Position numbers and translations under genes: made by a program
Assembly: GCF_009914755.1 (NCBI RefSeq)
Contig: NC_060937.1
Direction: 5' to 3' (one strand)
Length of the DNA: 64,000 nt
Source: the human T2T-CHM13v2.0 reference genome, Homo sapiens
Part shown: in pieces, positions 57,185 through 64,000 of the stretch
How the letters are laid out: the number at the start of each line of letters is the position of its first letter
Numbering within the stretch: position 1 is the first letter of the stretch
Notes under the pieces: generated by a model
Database searches by the model: none
What the model was told of the DNA's origin: nothing
What the model saw: only the letters and a program-made list of their open reading frames with translations

Positions 57185-57642
57185 ATAGTTTGTTTCCTAT
57201 TGCTCCCATACCCAACTACTATAAATTTAGTGGCTTAATATATTATCTTATAGTTCTGCGGGTCAGAAGTCTGAAATGGATCTTATGGGGCTAAAATGAA
57301 AGGTTGTCTTCCTTCTGTAGGCTCCAGAATCTCTTCCCTGCCTTATTCAGCTGCTAGCAACTGCCTGCTTTCCTCGGCTCCTGACCTCATCATTCAGAAC
57401 TCTGTTTCCATCATCTCAACCCCTTCTCTTTTATACTTTTGCATTTTTCTTTCATTTATTAAGACCTCCGGGATTACACTGGGCTCACCCTGATAATCCA
57501 GGTTAATCTCCTCATCTCAAAATCCTTAATTTAATCACAACCACAAAGTCCCTTTTGCCATGTGAGGTAACATACTCACAGGTTTTGGAGATTTGAATGT
57601 GAAAATCTTTGGGGGAGGGGGAGCATGACTCTGTTTACCACA
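57185..57642 (-). mobile_element. MLT1C/D-type solo LTR
   Basis: GGTCAGAAGTCTGAAATGG...GATTACACTGGGCTCACCCTGATAATCCAGG...CCCTTTTGCCATGTGAGGTAACATACTCACAGG...ACCACA. Confidence 0.88.
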
Positions 57643-58128
57643 ATCGTGTTTCTTTTTCCATTTATATCATTTGTAGTATAAATTTTTACCTGTATATTTG
57701 GAAGAAAATATTCTGTACCAAGGGTAATGAGAATTAATATTTTCTTCAATGTCTTTTTTCTGTAACTACATCACACTAACATATTTTTTAAATGGGAAAT
57801 AAAAGGTGGTGATCCAATGCCATACAAATTAAATTGGAATAACTCAGTGTGTACATTTTGGGTTGTTTGTTTTTGTTTGCTTATTTCTTTGTTTCATTTT
57901 TATAGGTTTATATAGTTGTCAAGACATAAAGGAAAGCAATATAATATGCTACATTATTTTTCTGAAATAATGACACTGTTATCAAGTTCATATCCTCTCT
58001 CCAACCCAGATAAGGAGGAAAATATCAATTCAAATATCATAAAACAGTCTCTAGTTTGATTAACCTCAGTTACCTAATAGAAACAGATGCTTTTGCTAAA
58101 TACCCTGTAAAGACCTCTTACTCCCTCC

Positions 58129-58640
58129 TGTAATTGATTAAAAATTGACCATGAATTCTTTCCCATGCCTCTCATTGAGAGGTGGGGTCCATTGCCCCTT
58201 CCCTGGAATCTGGACTGGCTTTATGACTGGCTTTTTCAAATAAAATGGAGTGCAATAGAAATGATGCCAATTGATTCCATATCTGGATGGCAATAGATTT
58301 GTGACTTCCTCTTTCTCCCTCATAGAAGCCATCTACCATGTAAGAAGTCCAATTCTTTTGACAGCTCCAGGAAGAGAGGAAGCTCAAGGTAGCCAAACTG
58401 AGAGAGGCCATATGAAGTGACAGAAATGTGGAAAACAAAAAAACAAAAAACAAAAAACAAAAAACACAAAGACTTCTTAAAGCTTCCAGCCTAAAACAGA
58501 CTGGAATGCCAGAATACCAAATCCAGCTAAGCCTTGCCCAAATTCCTAACCTGCAGAATCAAGAAAAACTAAAATGGTTGTTGTTTAAAACCCCTAAGTT
58601 CAGGGGTAACTTGTTACTCAGCAGTAGATAAGCAAATACT
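58129..58640 (+). mobile_element. MLT1F/G/H-type solo LTR
   Basis: CATTGAGAGGTGGGGTCC...GAATCTGGACTGGCTTTATGACT...CCATGTAAGAAGTCC...TGTTACTCAGCAGTAGATAA. Confidence 0.82.
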
Positions 58641-59331
58641 CTTTCTCTCTTTAGTACATTGAATTTAGTAATGTGCTCCAAGCCTCTTGCTTTTTTGTGA
58701 TGCATCCAGAAGTAGGTTTCAATTTTTTTTTAATCTATTTTGAAATGTCAATATGATACAGCATCTCCCTATGGCACAGGGCTATTTCTGTATCTAGACA
58801 TGTATCTCATCATAGCCTGCTGAAAGCTCTAAGTTGGTTTGTTTAACATGGATCCAGAATGATGGTATAATGGTTTGAATTTTATTTTTTATCTGGAGGC
58901 TAATAGTACCCTTACAAGATATGAAATATGGTTGAAGACTTACAGCTCCCAATAACAACCTTCGTATTTTTAAAACAAATTTTGTACTCTTTATATCTAA
59001 CCTGTAAAGCAGATTGTTTTATTGGGGTACAGAGAAAAAGAGAAAAAAAAAAGCATTGTATAGCTGTCTCATTCCTTTCCTACACCTCTGAAGTTGCAGG
59101 TTAGTTCTGGACGGAGGCCTGTAGTCTCATAGGTCCTTTTGAGAGGGGAAAATGGCAGACATAATTGAATGGGATCTCATTGACTCCATCCCAGTCTTCT
59201 GACTATGAATTCCAGAGACACATGAAGAAGATTGAATCTCAGTTGAGTCCTCTGGGATGATTAGAAGACAACCACTGTTGTGGTTCCAACAGCTAAATTA
59301 ACAGAGGGTCTTTAGATTTTTTAAAAAATAT

Positions 59332-59468
59332 ATTTTTAATTTTTATTTTTTTGTAGAGATGGTCTCACTGTGTTGCCCATGCTGGTCTTGAATTTCTAGT
59401 CTCAAGCGATCCACTTGCCTTGGCCTCCCGTAGTGGTGGAATTAGAAGTGTAAGCCACTGTGTGTGGC
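59332..59468 (-). mobile_element. FLAM / AluJ left monomer
   Basis: GTAGAGATGGTCTCACTGTGTTGCCCATGCTGGTCTTGAA...CTCAAGCGATCC...GGCC; single arm. Confidence 0.88.
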
Positions 59469-59479
59469 CAGAATTTTTT

Positions 59480-59692
59480 AAAATCAATAAACTTTATTTT
59501 AGTAGCATTTTTAGTTTGAGAGCAAAATTGTGTGGAACATACAGAGAGTTTCCATACAGCCCATCCCTGCACATGCACAACCTTGCTCACTATCAACATC
59601 CCACACCAGAGTGGTACATTTTTTAACCAACATTTACATTTTAAATCTACGTTGACTCACTGTTATCACTCAAAGTCTGTAGTTTACATTAG
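59480..59692 (-). mobile_element. L1MC-type 3' end fragment
   Basis: GCAAAATTGTGTGGAACATACAGAGAGTTTCCATA...ACTATCAACATCCCACACCAGAGTGGTACATTT...CAAAGTCTGTAGTTTACATTAG. Confidence 0.85.
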
Positions 59693-59700
59693 AATTGGGT

Positions 59701-59986
59701 ATTTATTTACTTATTTATTTATTTTTTTGAGATGGAGTGTGGTGGTGCGATCTTAGCTCACTGCAACCACCACCTCCTCGGTTCAAGCAATTCTCCCTGC
59801 CTCAGCCTCCCATGTAGCTGGGATTACAGGTGCCCGCCACCACAGCCAGCTAATTTTTGAATTTTTAGTAGAGATGGGGTTTTGCCACGTTGCCCAAGCT
59901 GGTCTTGAGCTCCTGACCTCAGGTGATCCACCCTCCTCAGCCTCCCAAAGTGCTGGGATTACTGGCGTGAACCACCGCCCTTGGCC
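59701..59986 (-). mobile_element. Alu SINE (AluSx-like) with a short internal deletion
   Basis: Antisense Alu; segment between the two GGAGT motifs is missing; perfect TSD AGAATTGGGT. Confidence 0.95.
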
Positions 59987-60559
59987 AGAATTGGGTCTTT
60001 AGATTTATTTCCTTACACAAAGATTGGAGCAAATGTTAAGGTCTTTCATCCCAATTAGACAACCATTGACTCTGAGCCTTTGCAATTGTTTTGCGCTGTA
60101 TCATGGTTTTCTAATTATCTTACCTCTCTTCATTTTTGCTCATAAAAAACTTGAATTACCTTGCTCTGTTCTCATAAAACTGTACATTTTATCTAAGAAG
60201 ACTTGACCATTAGAATATGTGGTTGTTACTGAACTGTACTGTATACTGCTTTTTCCTGTGCAGATTTAGGGAGTAATCACAGAGGGGTTATTTATTACTT
60301 GGCTGTAGCTGCTCAGAATATGTTCATATCTATATCATCTTAAAATGTCTTAGATGAGAAGACCACAAATAGTCTCAACAATGCAGCACACATCTGGAGG
60401 GTAATTACCCATTATATAGAAGTAACAAAATTTCTCAAACAAATTTGCACAAATAAACAAAAAGATTCAGAGTCATTGCAGAAAGATCATCAGTGCTGTT
60501 AGCACTTGGCCAAGAAATAGATATTCATTGTTGAATATCAATGAATATATATCAGTATC

Positions 60560-60870
60560 AATCCTGCTGCCCAAAGGCAACCATTATTTATGTTAAAGAC
60601 ATACATATAGCCATCTCTTCTTATATATACCTATACCCTAGAATTATTTTATATAAAATAGAATATACTAGATATGCTTTTGTGTATAATCTTTTAAATT
60701 CACTCAATAGTATATTATTGAGATCTTTCCATGTCAATACCTGATGTCATTTATAATGACGGTAGGATAGTTTTCCTTTATAAGTATGTACCTTTATTTA
60801 GCCAAGATTGACTTTTAAGATGTTTCCATATTTCATTACTATAAATAGTATTTAGAAAACTTCATCCTAA
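60560..60870 (-). mobile_element. L1ME-type fragment
   Basis: TTCACTCAATAGTATATTATTGAGATCTTTCCATGTCAATAC...TTTATTTAGCCA...TTACTATAAATAG. Confidence 0.6.
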
Positions 60871-60985
60871 TTGTGATTTGTTTACCACTGCAGCCAGATA
60901 TAAAATACGTTTTCTTAGCTGGGAGACTCACTTTTGCATAGAGGTATAAGTATAAGTATATTTTTAGGTGAAGTTCACATAAGTT

Positions 60986-61115
60986 AACCATCCTTTCCTT
61001 GGGGTTGCGCTGCTGTCCAACGAGTGCATAATGAGGGCTGTACTGCTAATGCCTACGTAACATGCCCACATCAACTAGAGGTTTGCTTTACGTTGGTGCA
61101 ATTATTTTAAAAAAT
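60986..61115 (+). pseudogene. RNU4ATAC: U4atac minor-spliceosome snRNA processed pseudogene (copy of RNU4ATAC, not the functional gene)
   Basis: AACCATCCTTTCCTTGGGGTTGCGCTGCTGTCCAACGAGTGCATAATGAGGGCTGTACTGCTAA...CATCAACTAGAGGTTTGCTTTACGTTGGTGCAATT aligns end to end with recalled U4atac (~20 differences); A tail; TSD AAGTTCACATAAGTT (60971) / AAGTTCACTTAAGTT (61146); Sm site disrupted. Confidence 0.93.
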
Positions 61116-64000
61116 AAAAAAAAAACACTTTAAAAAATATTTTTAAAGTTCACTTAAGTTGCTCATTTTATAAAATGGAGTTTTTCATATTTATGTTGGA
61201 TTTCATTACTTTATTAATATTATAAATACATTTGATATAGAGTGCTGATATGATTTTTTTCAGGTCTAATGTGTATTCTTCATTTTTGTTATTTATTGCT
61301 CTTTAAAAGCATCAAAGTCCTATACAAAGAAGCTTGCGGTAGTATAATGAGAAAATGGGTGGAAATTATGTAGATATAAATACATGAATTATTGATTAAA
61401 ATGTAGTTATTGTAGTAATAGTAGATGCCTTTTGTATTGAATATAATTCATTCTACCTTTGAAATTTGAAATACAAATTAAAAATATTTTAACTTATCCA
61501 AAAATTATTTCATTTATTTTTCCTCATATAACCATATACAGTACAAAAATGAAGGACTTTTTAAAATTCGATTTCCCATTATTTCACCTTTTTGCCTCTT
61601 GATAATCTAAGAGGAATCTCAGAGAAACGTATGTTGGTATTCTTCTAAAATCTCTTTAAGCATAAGTTAATTAGGGCTCTCATCAACAGCAAAACAAGAT
61701 ATAGAATTCTCAGAGTTCTTTCTTACTTGATAATGACACAGAAAACAGAAGACATATATCAAAATAACTTGCTAATACGGCTATGAAATAGCTATCCAGG
61801 ATAGTAGGTCTATGTAGTTTTATTGTGAATGAACGGAAGTCATTCACCTTTATATCGAATAAAAAGGTGAAGTGTAATTACATACAATGCTTGTCAAATT
61901 GCTGTTGTCAATTTTGAAAAAGGAATTACAATTTGAGAATAGAAATTATTAAAGAAAACAGAAAGAGATATCATTACCTTAATACAGCCTAAGTTGTCAC
62001 CAACCCTACTTAATTATTCAGCATATTCTGAAAACCTTTAGGAAATCCATCATGTTTAGCCTGTTCTTTGCAGCTATCCGTAGGCAATAGAAGCAAACCA
62101 CAGACTTGAGGCTACTTGTGTTTAAATTCTAAGACAATGACTGCAAAACATTAAAGACACATCAGTTCCTCCCCAGGAATTACTTTTGGATTTGGAGTAT
62201 GGTGGTTTGTATAGACCCCTCTTTGTAACCTGGGTGCTGTTACGATAATACATAGCACTTTATTGTTAATAGAAAATGGCAGAACCTATTGCTTTAGGGA
62301 TAGGTTTTCTCTTGGAAATGAGTGGCAAATCACAATTACATAAACCAAGAGATGACATAACGTATCTATAGGTTGCATAATAATAATCAAGGCAAGAGAA
62401 ACCTATTGCATTTGCAAGATTAGAGCTAATTGGTTTTGCAGAGTGCAATAAATCAATTTTGAAAATGCCAAGTCAAATCAGGTGTGCTATGCTATTAACT
62501 AATATGTGGTTTACAACAAAACTAGAAATTGAGTTATAGAATTTGTTTTAGACAGCTTTATTTGCAAAGCACATGAAAATGCTGAGAAATTTAGTGCATT
62601 TACATAGGCAGCCATCTTATTCAGTGATAGGAAAGAAGAATTCAAACAGTACGAAAAAGTAATGCCGTTTCTATTTTATGGGAACGAAATTATTGAAATC
62701 AAGTTTTAAAAGTTAATAATAATTCCCATAAGGGATTATACTTTAAATATTATCTAGAAATATTAAATAGAAACATAATTTACTCATGGGCATGCAGTAT
62801 ATTCTGCTGTAAATGGACTCTATGAACACAGAACAGTCATGCTGTCTTGGGGAATGGAAGACATTGGCTGTGTCCATGAAGATATGTTTGTTCCCTGAAG
62901 TTTCATTTTTCTATAGCTATCTCTTAGGATCCATTACTAAAACTGAAAGAATGAGCCAGCAAATAAGTCTGTGGGCCTCATCCATTTCCATTTATTTCCA
63001 TATTTTGATATGCTGCATATTTAATAAGGAAAAAAGTTTTTCTTAAGAAAATAAAACTGTAGGCTATAAGATCTTTTTCATCCCTACTATTCTATTTTGC
63101 TAAGAATAGCAATAATTTACCACTCTGTTTAACTAACATGTTTTCAAGTAATGACATCCATTAAACAATGCTTGTTTTCATGTTAAGAAAATATAGACTT
63201 TCCAAGCTTTCTTATTTTTAAAAGATCAAGTAATGATGTCAAAGAAAGAAAAAGATTAAGGTGATTAGGAAAGGAACCACTATTAATTTTGCTTGATTTT
63301 TTTGGGGGGAATTAGACTGTCATCATTCCATATGTCATTTTGTTATTAGTTAATAACTACTGATTATATAACTATTGATAAGGTGATAAAGGATAGATTT
63401 TCATCTATAAAAGACATATTAATATACTTTATATAAATTATTTAGATTGCTTCCTAAGAAATACTGTTCTTACATTCATTTGCATTGGTTTATTCTGTTT
63501 CCAAGTTTATATTTGGTTACTTAAAGCTAACATTGTGAGATTTTCCAAACACTGCTAAAAATAAATCAGAGTGTTTCCTTTACACAAAGTTTGGCTATTA
63601 GTGGATGTTGTCATCTTTTATGTAGTAACAAGAAATTTTCCTAATCTCGTAAAATAGCTACTACTATAGAAAGTTCAAGTTTTATTCTAATGAAACTATT
63701 ATTATCTAAGATATTTCCCTTGAATTTGACATGTGTATCTGAACATTAATTGAATATGCATAATGGCAGTAAATGTGTGGGTGAATTTGGTTTTGTAAAA
63801 TAGTAAAATAAACTTTTGGGTTTGGGGAATAATGTGGACTATCTAGGTGCATATTAATGTTTTTATAATCAGGTAGTAAGTCTCAAATGCTATAATGGTT
63901 TGTGATCTAATTCCGATCTCATGTTCCAAGGAGAATTAAAATATTTTCCTTTTATTCCTTATTGTTTAAGAACAATTTATATGCAGTGTAACATTCAGCA

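Noticed and set aside
60986-61115. Functional RNU4ATAC gene
   Set aside because: About 20 differences from the recalled reference, a disrupted Sm site, an A tail and a TSD indicate a processed pseudogene.

Overview
AT-rich, CpG-poor primate (very probably human) intergenic or deep-intronic DNA. I found no credible protein-coding exon; the ORFs in the track are repeat-derived or chance. Much of the window is interspersed repeats: about a dozen Alus, old L1M/L1PB and L2 fragments, MIRs, solo LTRs (THE1, MLT2A, MLT1 types, LTR27/28-like, MER61, LTR12F-like) and DNA transposons (MER20, MER5A, MER6), plus microsatellites. The one gene-derived feature is a full-length processed pseudogene of the minor-spliceosome U4atac snRNA (60986-61115) with an A tail and a 15-bp TSD. 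The most unusual structures are: a forward + double-inverted triplication of ~80-90 bp associated with two (TAGA)n tracts (39435-39872); a THE1/MLT2A chimeric LTR that may share one TSD (5708-6235); two 5'-inverted (twin-primed) L1s, one with a 28-bp VNTR and a 26-bp fold-back; a higher-order CA-rich minisatellite; and three retro-insertions stacked at one target site. All repeat family names come from recalled consensus sequences, not a database search. I see no evidence for a novel coding system or a CRISPR array.
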